64,000 bases of DNA. It comes from Antedon mediterranea. Taxonomy: Eukaryota; Animalia; Echinodermata. The notes beneath the pieces were generated by a model that did not search any database, had not been told where the DNA came from, and was given only the letters and a program-made list of their open reading frames with translations. This document shows positions 50,964-64,000 of this stretch, piece by piece (the stretch's first letter is position 1; every line of letters begins with the position of its first letter). A program made the position numbers and the translations under genes. The DNA is taken from the NCBI RefSeq assembly GCF_964355755.1, contig NC_092670.1, positions 424,201 to 488,200 on the forward strand, given 5' to 3'.

Positions 50964-53900
50964 ATGGCAACCAAAAAAGGACGTGAGTGAGACATATGAG
51001 ATGAATGTTTTTTTGTTATATTTATATTGTTCTATGTTGTTTTTTATATATCGTAACTTTTCTACCTATCTATATTTATATATTCCTACTTTTTTTTTAG
51101 GGTTATTGTGTTTTATAACCAGCAACCAATTTTGTTTTTATACCTGTTTGTGAAAACACAATAAAGAATAAGAATAAGAGTGAATCTTTGACTTTTGGTT
51201 TTAAAAAGTACCAAATAAATATCTATAAATATACACAAATATATTGATTGGAAATTCCAAAATAACCACATTTTAATTTTGTTTTTTCCCTCCTTCAACA
51301 TCAACATGAATCACATCCTGTTTGTCCCTTTCCATTGGCTTTCTTCTAGTAAACAATTTGAATTGAGGTTTGGTGTAAATGGTTGTACAGTTTTCCTTAC
51401 TATACAGGGTGTGGTCCTTACTATACAGGGTGTGATCCATGATATCCAAGATGTGGTTCTTATTTTGATGGTGCAAGAATAAGATAAATTTTCTATTTGG
51501 TTTCGTGCCAATTACAATGTTCCTGTCAAAATATTTTATGCTAAATGTACTAATTTAACCATGTTGAATAATATTAATCCCAGTAGTTATGATTACATCT
51601 TTTCTTTTCTAGCAAAAACAAAAACAAAATTTAAGTTCAACATAGAACCAGATCCAGTAGCCCCGAAGTAAGTGCTGTGTACAAAATACTTAAGAATATT
51701 GAACCTTAATGGAATTAATTGTCAAGTACATAAAACACTCAATGTTTGATTTTTAAAATTAAAACTCAATAATTTTTAATTACCCTCTGGTATAATCCCA
51801 CCCCTAGAACACAAAATTGGGCTGACTTTAGTGGGTGTGCTATACCTTGAGAAAAGCTCTTCAAAAGACCAAAACAATATGACATACTAGGATGTTTAAA
51901 TTTAAAGGCTAACTCTGCTACAACTGAGGCAATGTTATATAAATTAAGAGACGTAGTGTAGTCACACCACCTGGTGACCTGATTTGTTTGTTTGCAGACA
52001 CAATGTAAGCGAAACAGTCAAATCCAGTATAACTATCAACGGCACAGAATACCAAATTAAGGGCAATGACCTTCAGTTCATCCGTAACCTGGGAGCTGGT
52101 AATTACGGCATAGTAGACGAGATGCAACATCAGGAAACTGGTAAAAATATGGCGGTGAAGGTGAGTACTAGGTTATGGTTCAAATCCTCACTGTTGTAAG
52201 CCAATCCAAGCATTTGGTTATGTACATTTGAAATGATTTTTAAAATCTAGATGTAGTATGTCTTACAAGATGTAGATAATCTAGATAAAGGATAACCCAC
52301 CAAGTAGTAAGTAGTATGTCTTACAAGATGTAGATAATCTAGATAAAGGATAACCCACCAAGTAGTAAGTAGTATGTCTTACAAGATGTATCAATCAACA
52401 GATCACAAGATGTAGATAATCTAGATAAAGGATAACCCACCAAGTAGTAAGTAGTATGTCTTACAAGATGTATCAATCAACAGATCACAAGATGTAGATA
52501 ATCTAGATAAAGGATAACCCACCAAGTAGTAAGTAGTATGTCTTACAAGATGTATCAATCAACAGATCACAAGATGTAGATAATTTAGATAAAGGATAAC
52601 CCACCAAGTAGTAAGTAGTATGTCTTACAAGATTTGTAGTTAAATTGATAGTTTTAAATAATAATTTTTGTAGCGTATACGTGCACAAGTCAGCTCTGAC
52701 GAAGACAAGCGGTTGCTGATGGATCTTGATGTCACAATGCGTACAGCTGACTGTATGTACACTGTACAATTCTTCGGATCACTATTTCAAGAGGTAACAT
52801 TTTGTTTGTAATTAAACATTTAAAATATGTTCTCTATGAGAACTATGCTCTTGGCCAAAAAATTTAATCTCAAAATCGAAACCAATTTAAATCCGCACTA
52901 AAAAAGCACTTGTCTAACTACGTACCCGTTAAAACATGAATCAGAAGAATATATTTTGGTCAAGAGGAGCACAGAAGCATTAAATGCTTTAAGTCTCAAA
53001 ATCCAGGTAGAAAATATTGCCCCACACAACCTGCATTTGATAAATTGAAGTTGAGTGCACTAATAGCCCTGGTTTGGTTTTATTACAGGGAGATGTTTGG
53101 ATATGTATGGAGTTAATGGATGAATCACTAGATAAATTTAATAAAGTAGTTGTTGAGAAAGGTAAACTTATACCAGAGAATATTCTAGGCAAGTTGGCGT
53201 TTGTGGTAAGTATTTTACACCAGTGTTTTAGTAGGTTCCGCTATAACAACTACCAATCGTCAATTAATTCCTCTCCATTTTTTGTTTAAATGTTTCAGGT
53301 GGTCAGTGCTCTTAATTTTCTTAAATCGCAATTAAATGTTATCCACCGTGACGTAAAACCCTCCAATATACTTATAAATCGTACCGGCCAAATCAAATTG
53401 TGTGATTTTGGTATTAGTGGAAAGCTAGTGGATTCTATTGCCAAGACCAAAGATGCAGGAAGCAGACCATATATGGCAGTAAGTACAAATAATCAATGTT
53501 GGTTTCCTTGTTAAATCCTTATATAGACATTCTCATTTACATATGGTAATTAATAAAGAATTTTGAATCATTAGTTGGAGTATTATAGTAAAAAAGTAAA
53601 TTAAAGCAAGGAGGGTGGGGGGGGGGGGGTGTGGGGGCACGGGATGATCCAAATTAGTATGCATGACTACATCAAAAGAGAAAAAGATTTTACACATATT
53701 CCAAAGGCAGACATTCTTGGACTCCCTCAAGCAAACATATCAGGAAATATTGTGCCCTGTCAAACAACCTGAAAATGAAGTAAGGAATTAAATAACAAGT
53801 ACTGTAATTCTTTTAGCCTGAGCGTATCGACCCAGAGATGATGAGTGACCAAGGATACGACGTGAAATCAGACATTTGGAGTCTGGGCATCACTATGGTA

Positions 53901-54672
53901 ATTATTTATCTTTAGCATGTTGTTAAGACTTCCTATTTAGCTCACAGCTAATTAAGCAAATACCTAATTTAGTGTCATTCTTAAGACTTTTATTGTATGC
54001 CTAGTTATGGTTATCAGGACACAGGCCAATCCCAATAATCTTCCACACAGTAAATTTGGCTGTAAAAAATCTACAACTTTACTGAGCCTACCTACCTCTA
54101 ACTTACATTCTAGCTACTTTTATATGTTAAACATAAATGCAATATTTGTTAAAACAATAAAACAAACTCTAATTTATGATTTAGATTGAGTTGGCTACAG
54201 GAGTATTCCCTTATGCAAAATGGCGTACACCATTTGCACAATTAAAGCAAGTTGTCAAGGAGCCATCGCCAAAGTTACCAGAAGACTCTTTTTCAGAGCC
54301 TTTTGTCAAATTTGTAGATCTTTGGTACGTATTTCTTATTTTTTGGCAAAAGTCATCCAGATTCAGTATTTCTAATAATAAAGTCAGGATTTACAGAAAT
54401 GTGTTTTTTTTTACAGTTTAAAAAAGAATCACAAAGAAAGACCAAGATATGATGGCTTGTTAGTAAGTACATTTTAACGGTTCTACACAGCTAGGTCAAT
54501 AAGGTCAAGTGCATTGACATTGGGGGCTAGACTGGGTACACAATTATTCCATAACAATAGAAATTGACAATTATGATTCTTTTTTTTGCAGAAACTTGAA
54601 TTTATTGAAATTCACAAAGACTTGGATGAGGCTGCTGTAGGAGACTATGTTGTGTCTACTCTGGACTCGTGA
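50964..54672 (+). CDS. MAP2K6: Dual-specificity MAP kinase kinase, MKK3/MKK6 type
   Basis: Exons ~50964-50982, 51613-51667, 51998-52160, 52674-52793, 53089-53205, 53299-53478, 53817-53897, 54185-54324, 54416-54462, 54592-54672. Encodes [77 protein letters not shown]. Confidence 0.88.
52253..52632. repeat. Composite 58/81-bp tandem repeat in a MAP2K intron
   Basis: gtagtatgtcttacaagatgtagataatctagataaaggataacccaccaagtagtaa repeated ~5 times. Confidence 0.85.
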
Positions 54673-57396
54673 GTCTAGCTAACACTCTGTCTGGACTCGT
54701 GAGTCTAGCTAACACTCTGTCTGGACTCGTGAAGCTAGCTAACATCTGATAAAAACAAGATATACGATACTATTTTAGTAACCTAGTACTGAAGTATTAT
54801 AATAAAACAGTACATAGTTTGGAATTGGACAAAATAAACTACACACAGGTCATTCACAGGTCATTCTCGACTAGAATATATATTTTAAAAAGTATCACTA
54901 AATAACTGTAGGTTTTAGATATTTAAGTATAATAATGTTTATTTTACTGTAGAATTGAGAAAGAAAGTTCAGGGCACATTTTTTTTAAACATGTTGACAT
55001 TTTATATTTAGTCCAATTAATTTTGTTTACTTTAAATGAAAATAATATTGATATAATTAACTTTTAAGCATAAGGTTAAAGTATGATCATGGCTTATAAT
55101 TAAACGTAACAAGTTGTAAAAGTTTGCTGTATTGTTTTATAAATCAAACTTTCTTATCATTATGTATTTGTATATTTTCAGCACACTTTTGCTCTTTATA
55201 TAATTACAATATAGTGTGTTATTTGTGGACGTCACTGTATGGTTGTTAATTTTTTTCTCAATAATGGGTGGATGTTGTGTGTGTGCGAGTGAGCTCCCAA
55301 AGTTACTAGAAATGATGTCACAAGAAAGCATTGTGTGTGAAACTGATAAATGCTATATTAAGTATGTCCAGGTAAATAATAATGTAGTACAGGTAAATTG
55401 AATATACAGTATGAATGGAAGCGTCTAATTTAGCCTTCAAATGTAGTTTGCAGGATAGAACAGAACCAAACAACCAACAATTATTTGTATGTAAGAATCG
55501 GATTTAAACATTAAACATTAATTTAGGATACCTCTATCTAGTGTTTGTGTAATTTACTGTCAAAATTGGAAAAAGGAAGACACTTACCACCTCTGAAGAA
55601 TCAGACTTCACCCTGTTGGAAGTTAATATTTATAACGAGACGTACAGGAAGCCAACGGTTGACCTAGATGATACCAACCAACCTAAAAAATAAGTGAGAT
55701 TTGCAGTCCTCTGACTTTGAGCCATGGTTATCTGTTTGTTGAAAGTGTTTTAATAACGTACACAAGACCACAGTGACTAGGATCTATGGGAGAGAGAGAG
55801 AAAGTGTTGGGCTTTCTATCTGCAAACATCTTGCAGTCTATTAAATTACCTTGCATGAAATGACCCCCCCCCCCCCTTAGGAGTGTAAAAGATTGATAAA
55901 TTTAAAATAACATGGTACCCGGATCCTGTCTATTCAACAATTATAGTAGTGTAAAAGAAGAAAAAAGGGTCATATAGCAATTTAGCCTTTTAACCGACCC
56001 ATTAACATCAAACAAGTATCAAGCAAGTAACATTCAGTTCCCCTGCTTTATATTCCCAAATACACTCCTCAACACAACCTTTCCCCAAGGCATGACCTAT
56101 TGACCTACATTTCATCGAATAAAAACCAGAAACGCAAAAACAATACTTTTAGCAATTTTATTCCATCATTTTAACAGTAAATTTTGGAATATTCCATTTA
56201 CCAAACTACAAGTTATGAATGATTTATTTTACCAAACTAAAAACAAATGCACTTTGTATTTACATAATCTGCACAGGACATTCAATAGACTATTTAAAAG
56301 TATACCATAACAAATGTTGTATGTTAGTTAAGGACCATTGAGATATGATCCCACTCTCTATATATCTCTATATAAACGCTTTGGGAGCAGCATATCCATC
56401 TGTATGACATATACAGTATGTATTAACCAGTTTATATAAATTCCAATCCTGACCCCACCCTCTACCCATAACATTATAACCTCCTAACCAATGTTTATAC
56501 AATGTAAATAAAAGTAGAGATCCCTAATAGTTATAGTATAAAACAAGACAGATTTAAAATTTGTTTGTAATTCAGCATAGATGATATAAAATAACTTTAT
56601 ATTTACATGCAAACACTATTATTACTTTCTTATATAATTTCTGTAGTATGGAAAATTTAATGTTAAGTAATGGTCCTTGGAAAAAAGATAAAATGAAAGA
56701 CAAAAGTACATCCTCTTTCTTCTGATAAACATGGGAGGAAAATCATATGTCGGCCACAACTAACTGATATTTAAACCTAATTGGCAAAAAGCATTTGTTG
56801 TCGACTTCTATAAATATTTTTATTACAAAACAAATTGTCAAAACAGAATTCCTTTTAAGAACTTTCATTTGAGCTCACAATAAATACAAATACACAAATT
56901 CTGCTTGGCAGCCAATCACAAACCATATGCAAATGAGACAATGTTTTGAACACTGAATTAAGCTATGACTAAATATTCAATCTAATCTACAGCAAATTGA
57001 AGAAGAGAAAAATGTAGAAAACATTTCGGAAAAGTAATTTAAAAAGAATTTCATATTTGTGGTGATCAAAAAATTACTTGAACATCTGACATGACTATAG
57101 CCTTGATCGCACTTGGTCAAATTAACTGAGAAGCTGGCTAAAGTGACCAAGATAGATAGATAGAGCACTTGGTAGTCTAGAACCATGCTATTTCACCATG
57201 CTATAGTACTTGGTAGTCTTAAGCACCATGCTAATAGTACTTGGTAGTCTTAAGCACCATGCTATAGCACTCTGTAGTCTAAAACACAATGCCAATGGCA
57301 AAATATTACAAACTTGGATATGAAGTTACTTTATGAGGGTGCATCCCTACAGCTGGTTACAGTACCCCGGGACAGTACCACAGTAAATTGTAGAAA

Positions 57397-57631
57397 CAAC
57401 TTTCTAAGATATGTCATCGTGATGGGTGGTTACCTATCCTAAATGGCAGACTCAACTTTCTAAGATATGTCATTGTGATGGGTGGTTACCTATCCTAAAT
57501 GGTACACTCAACTTTCTAAGATATGTCATCGTGATGGGTGGTTACCTATCCTAAATGGCAGACTCAACTTTCTAAGATATGTCATTGTGATGGGTGGTTA
57601 CCTATCCTAAATGGTACACTCAACTTTCTAA
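57397..57631. repeat. ~57-bp tandem repeat x4 with alternating variants
   Basis: caactttctaagatatgtcat(c/t)gtgatgggtggttacctatcctaaatgg... Confidence 0.85.
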
Positions 57632-60600
57632 GGGCAACTCCAAGATTGGTGGAGGTCCAGAGTGAGACAAAACGTAGCCACAAGAAATAAAGGGATAAAG
57701 TTGTGCAGATTTCGCAAGAAAAGGGAACAATCTCTGTTTAAGCAATTGGATTGCCAAAAGCCTCTTAAAAGGTTGAAACAGTCTTGTTTAATCACTGCTA
57801 ACATACACTACCAGGTACAATTATTTCAAGGATAAAAATAACTAATTTTAGGGTTGATGACATGGTATACAATGACAATTAATGTAAACATTAAATACTG
57901 TACTATATTCTGTACAGTTGTTATTTATAAATTCTACATAAGCACAGGAAGTGTTGGTAGGAGAGGTCAATTAATGTGTTCACCCCACCCCCTTCACCTC
58001 CCACAAAAAGATATGGAAGGCCAACATTACCCTTTAACAACATTATCAGAGTGACACTCAATTACAGTCACCCCTGCACTTATGTGTAAGAACAATGTTA
58101 TTATGTTAAAATCCCAAAAAGTGATTTTAAATAAATTTAAACAATTTGATGTCAAATATACAATTCATATTAATGACTTAAAACACATAAAATTAGATTT
58201 TAGAAGTTAGTTAAATCAAAGATTGTAAATAGAAAATTTATTAAAAATTCACGAATATGCAATAAACAAGTGAGCAACTATGTACAAAATACATGAATAA
58301 ATGAAAGTAAATACTAAATTATTTTAATCCATACTATACATATGCATATGTATACATATACATACTATATATAATTATGTTATCTGGTCCCTATATATAA
58401 ATTTAAAACTAAACAAATCACTCTTTCACTTTAAAAAACCATTGTTAGTACAAAATATGAAGTAACAATAAAAAATGGAATTATTGGACACAACATTGTT
58501 AGGAACTTAAGTAAACTTAGTGTGTTCTTAAGTGCTTGATCATACAATATTGGTTATGCATAATTAAACAGAGAGTTTATTGTGTCAAATTGATTTTACA
58601 GTTTAATATAATTTAATCTATTTAGCAATATTAAAAAACTTTCTAGAATTATGTAATCTTTTTAGTGAAACAATCTATTTGTTGTTGGAGCATATACCAT
58701 TGAGTGGTGGCTCTCAACCACAAGTGAAAAACATAGCCTATACTAGTTTATCTAAAGTATATATATTAATATATTAGTGCTCTCTGCACGGCGCCATCGC
58801 CTTGGCCAAGGTGTTGTATGTATGATGGATTGTTAACAGATTCTCTGGATTGGTTATGGCGTCCTAACTCCACACTGGATTGCCTAGTTACAGCAATATT
58901 GTACTAAAAAAGTAAACAATGTAGACAACACACAAGTTGATTAGTGAAATGAAAATGTTAACAATGACGGATGATTTCTATTGCCTAAAACTATCATATT
59001 TAAAGGTACATATTTTGAAAATAGCTCAGTTCGTTTAAACTTTTTTATGTTAATTAAATAAAACATTATAATATAAAATATTCTACTAGTTAAATAAGAT
59101 TTTATGTTAATATTAGTAATATATATTACCATATAGTATAAAAATATTTAACAAATACATAACGTGTGTTTTAATTATTTAACAACAACTTGATACATAT
59201 GTAAATCTTTTATCGTTCAACTTAACGTTCATTAATTTTTGCAGCTTAATGTTTAACAGATTTAATATATCTATTTTAGAATAGAATTAACAAAGAACTC
59301 TTTTTCAGAATTTATTCATTGCTTCCTGGGAACTGAATTACAATGTAATTTCTATAATGTACCTTCAACGGTATCATAAACATGAACCAATAATAATTCT
59401 TGCTTATTCTATGAAAGCTACGATAACAGATTTACAATAGTGTATTATAAAATGATACAGATATTAGCTGTACAACAATGTATATAGTCACACAAGAATG
59501 CAATACTGTACATGCTATATATACGTTTAATTCTGTTTTGATGCAGGTATCCTCCTCCCCTAATAAAAGTGGGAAAAGATTCTATACCCACATCAATACA
59601 GAAATATAGTGCTATACTATGATATGTGGATGAAGTTACAACAACAAATGAAAGACACACAACAGATATATACAAGGATGCATTTTTACAATAAGAGAAT
59701 AAACACAACACCCCTTAAAATATAATTACATTCTTCTTTAACATATATGACATTGTTTATATACCACCAATTAATAAATTTAATCCATAAAAATCTTATT
59801 TGATAAAATTTAGCATTTATAATTATTACATAATTCATTTTTTTTTTTAAGTAATTGGTGGAAAATGTCAAAGTTCAAAAGTAGAGATTGCTTAATCCAA
59901 TCCACAGCATAATATTCAGTCCAGAAATGAGCGGCAAGAATTTCGACTTTTGTTTGCAGATCAGCAGCGGCGGCGGCCAGTCGGTAGGGCACCCTCAACC
60001 AGAATCTTGATTTCGAGAACGACCAGACATTGCCAAGGTATACTGTAATGGCAAAATATGTAAAAGCACCAATCACCATACAGGATAGTAAAAGGATAGT
60101 AACAACAACCAGTGGTGGATCAAACAGGGTTTCCTATTGGCTAATTGGATGGAAGGTGATTGTGGGAGAAATAAATCAATCAATTATGTGAAAATATACC
60201 CCCTGATTTTTTGAGTAAATATTTAAATTTATGTTTTTAGGTTAAAATTGGATTTGATTATGTGTAGCATCATTGCTAAATATTACAGTATTCTGTTTTA
60301 GATCTAAATGGTTGTAAAAATACTGCAAATTGAATGGTAACTTACAACTGTATTATAAAATGATTTCTGTTAAATTGTCAATTTTGAGCACTAGGGAATT
60401 TAAACAGGCTGGGATCATCAAATATTTTCATTTTCAGTTTGGTAGATATAATGATCATTAGATACAGTTGTTTTTTAACTAAATTATATTTTGAAGAAAA
60501 GAAGGAACATTAAATTTATTTTATTACCATATTTTAATGTAATGTTTCAAAATTGATTTTGCAATTTCTAACTCAAATAATTTCGCAACAGTGCCAAATG

Positions 60601-61729
60601 GAACAATGTTGGCACTTAATTGAATGAGTATATTACTTTTAGTTTCATCCAAGTCAAAAAAAAAGAATTAAATTGTATTCTGGAAAAATCTATACTGTTC
60701 TTGAAATAGCTGTGGACACACAGTGGGTTATGGAGTGTATTATAATTATAGTAGTAAGTACATTATGGAACATTGAATATGATTGGTTAAAATGCTAACA
60801 AATGAATGTGTTATAGTTGGGTGTTATAGTGCTAACAATTCACAAATAAATAACAAATATAAAAAAAAAACACAAATAATCATCATTTTTGCCAGATAAA
60901 TCATTATTTTTTTTTGTATTAAATGGAAATAAAGTATTAAGTATATAACCACTCATGGTATCAATAAATTAAGTATTAAGTATATAACCACCCATGGTAT
61001 CAATAAATTAAGTATTAAGTATATAACCACTCATGGTATCAATAAATTATTCATATAACAAATGTTTTTGTAAATATATACAGTAGAGGGATAGCAATAT
61101 TATTATAGGTAGGCCTATTATTATAGGTAGGCCTATTATTATAGGTAGGCCTATTATTATAGGTAGGCCTATTATTATAGGTAGGCATATTCTCCATTAT
61201 AAAGTATAAATCCAAAAACTTAAAAATGAAAAACCAAACTGGCAGATGACCCAAGAATTATTGAACCTGATTAATGTAACCAGAAAGGGCTATTGTATCC
61301 ACCATTGGTTTAAAAAGAAAGGCTAAAAGAAATTTAGTAAGGTATAGCGTTAAAAACACCCATAAAACATTAGAGTACAAAAGTACCAAACAATATATAG
61401 GAAATCCACTCATTATTAATTTCTGGAAATAGAATAGTTTGCAATAGTAGCAAGTATTACCGAGCATGTGCAGATTGTAACGCTTGAATACATTAAAAAG
61501 AATGTGTAAATGTTGCGATTGAATGTTGTCATAATGTCATGTGATCAAACGCAACAAACTGCACAACATACAGAATGGTATAAGCAAAAAATGCAGTTAT
61601 CAAAGGGCAGCTAAGATATGTAGCACTAGGCTAGGTGTAAACAATCTAAACATCTCCTGCAATTTCTGTGGAGAATGATGGGAATTTCCAGGCAACAGAT
61701 GTTTCTTTTGTAGAACTTACCCATCGTCT

Positions 61730-62774
61730 TCACATATACGCATACTGATAGAGTACATAGGGATGTAGAAGGAGAAAAGCCAATAAGCAAAATAGCATTG
61801 AAGCAAGATAAAAGAACTTGTTTATTTATAAGTATTAATATGCAATCAGAATACTACTGCAGTATTAGGTGTTGTATTGGTAATAGATTCTATCTAATGT
61901 TAGTGTTAGAAGTCGGTGTGTACTTACAGATGGCGGTGGTGAGTCGTGACCGTGTCTTCGTATCAAAGGGTCATCCTCGTACCTATAATCTTGATTGTAT
62001 GCTACACTGCTTGCTGCAAAGCTAGGATCTCTGTCAAAATCAATCAAAATCTATTACAAAAATCGGATTTTACTGATTCTAAACATTTAGAAAGCTGCTT
62101 AAATTAAATTTCTAAATTAAAGTTCTAAAATTATATGAATCATTGTTTACCTGTTATAATCTGGTATAGTCGGTGACCCTAGACCTGATTGACGCTGTGG
62201 TGACCTAGAAGGGTCATTGCGACGACTAAATCGTTCAAGCGTGGCACTTGGATTATCTGGTGGCAGGAATGGATCCTCTCTATCTACTTCATAATCAGCT
62301 TTCCTATAAATTACACAAACATTAATTCATCATCATGAACATCTTCTCCAATCAGAGCGATTATTGGCCGAGTGTGCATAAACTTATGAATTTTTCCTTT
62401 CAAATCATTCTCTATAATTTGTTTATTATTAATAGAATTTGCTGATATGCGAATAAATGAAATGAAAACAATAATCATTGAAACATTGAGATAATAATTA
62501 TGACTAAAGCTCTGTCTACACTATCAAACTAGTGATATACAGTAACATCATATGTTTATATATGGGCACATCACATTTGTTTGACACATAAAGTTTGATT
62601 GTGTGGACCATGGAGAAATAAGCTTATTTCTCCATGTGTGGACAGAGCTTGGATTATCAATGAGTTTCATAAACTTACCTTTTTGCAATAATTGGCAAAG
62701 TACAGGAGGAAATGAGAACTGTGAAGAAGATACCAGATAAGATTGAGCCTATCATCATGAAACTGATACCAGTG
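61730..62774 (-). CDS. TTYH: Tweety homolog (TTYH family), C-terminal exons
   Basis: Exons 62774-62679, 62303-62151, 62030-61928, 61744-61730 give TGISFMMIGSILSGIFFTVLISSCTLP (last TM) ... DYEVDREDPFLP ... DDPLIRRHGHDSPPPSYAYM*. This matches recalled TTYH1 DDDDPFNP and TTYH3 PLIGRESPPPSY. The rest of the gene lies beyond the window. Confidence 0.8.
62508..62649. mobile_element. MITE (agctctgtctacac family)
   Basis: agctctgtctacac ... gtgtggacagagct, with an internal hairpin catggagaaataagcttatttctccatg. Confidence 0.7.
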
Positions 62775-62837
62775 CTGTTGAACAAGAAGGAAATAGAACA
62801 TTAAAATTAAAGGGTCTATCTGAATACTGTATTTAAA

Positions 62838-64000
62838 ATAAAAGTGTATAGCATGGTATAAAAATAGATCACAGTGAAGTCATCAATGACGGCCATGTGT
62901 ATAAAAGTGTATAGCATGGTATAAAAATAGATCTCAGTGAAGTCATCAATGACGGCCATGTGTATAAAAGTGTATAGCATGGTATAAAAATAGATCACAG
63001 TGAAGTCATCAATGACGGCCATGTGTATAAAAGTGTATAGCATGAGATAAAAATAGATCACAGTGAAGTCATCAATGACGGCCATGTGTATAAAAGTGTA
63101 TAGCATGGTATAAAAATAGATCACAGTGAAGTCATCAATGACGGCCATGTGTATAAAAGTGTATAGCATGGTATAAAAATAGATCACAGTGAAGTCATCA
63201 ATGACGGCCATGTGTATAAAAGTGTATAGCATGGTATAAAAATAGATCACAGTGAAGTCATCAATGACGGCCATGTGTATAAAAGTGTATAGCATGGTAT
63301 AAAAACAGATCACAGTGAAGTCATCAATGACGGCCATGTGTATAAAAGTGTATAGCATGGTATAAAAATAGATCACAGTGAAGTCATCAATGACGGCCAT
63401 GTGTATAAAAGTGTATAGCATGGTATAAAAATAGATCACAGTGAAGTCATCAATGACGGCCATGTGTATAAAAGTGTATAGCATGGTATAAAAATAGATC
63501 TCAGTGAAGTCATCAATGACGGCCATGTGTATAAAAGTGTATAGCATGGTATAAAAATAGATCACAGTGAAGTCATCAATGACGGCCATGTGTATAAAAG
63601 TGTATAGCATGGTATAAAAATAGATCACAGTGAAGTCATCAATGACGGCCATGTGTATAAAAGTGTATAGCATGGTATAAAAATAGATCACAGTGAAGTC
63701 ATCAATGACGGCCATGTGTATAAAAGTGTATAGCATGGTATAAAAATAGATCACAGTGAAGTCATCAATGACGGCCATGTGTATAAAAGTGTATAGCATG
63801 GTATAAAAATAGATCACAGTGAAGTCATCAATGACGGCCATGTGTATAAAAGTGTATAGCATGGTATAAAAATAGATCACAGTGAAGTCATCAATGACGG
63901 CCATGTGTATAAAAGTGTATAGCATGGTATAAAAATAGATCACAGTGAAGTCATCACTGACGGCCATGTGTATAAAAGTGTATAGCATGGTATAAAAATA
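62838..64000. repeat. 63-bp intronic minisatellite (>=18 copies, runs off the window)
   Basis: taaaagtgtatagcatggtataaaaatagatcacagtgaagtcatcaatgacggccatgtgta; explains the spurious 390-aa ORF. Confidence 0.95.

Noticed and set aside
51273-51524. Three overlapping ORFs in a MAP2K intron
   Set aside because: No recognisable domain; contains a 21-bp duplication; likely a decayed insertion.
62816-63988. 390-aa ORF of repeated MLYTFIHMAVIDDFTVIYFYT
   Set aside because: Product of a stop-free 63-bp (21-codon) minisatellite inside a TTYH intron; no sign of real coding.

Overview
AT-rich, intron-containing animal genomic DNA. It looks like an invertebrate deuterostome (e.g. an echinoderm), but the taxon cannot be proven from sequence alone. 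Eight spliced protein-coding genes were reconstructed by hand from GT-AG boundaries: the 3' part of an SLC5 Na+/solute symporter (+), SYT17 (-), DNAAF5/HEATR2 (-), UTP6 (+), an Amun-like HhH protein (+), EIF3D (-), an MKK3/6-type MAP2K (+) and the 3' part of a tweety/TTYH gene (-). Introns and intergenic DNA carry LINE remnants, a tRNA-derived SINE, several non-autonomous DNA transposons with visible TIRs/TSDs, and many locus-specific tandem arrays (roughly a quarter of the window). Highlights: (1) six intronic box C/D snoRNAs of the snR38/SNORD1 family in EIF3D, one with its C-box end amplified about 15 times; (2) tandem arrays built from exon-intron junctions, creating stacks of decoy splice sites in three genes; (3) an array of about 23 degenerate minimal-hammerhead-like motifs; (4) a 24-nt TTYH microexon carrying both the PY-motif tyrosine and the stop codon, in frame with a 107-codon downstream ORF; (5) a 4-kb satellite built from two palindromic modules. 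All identities come from recalled family sequences; no database searches were run.
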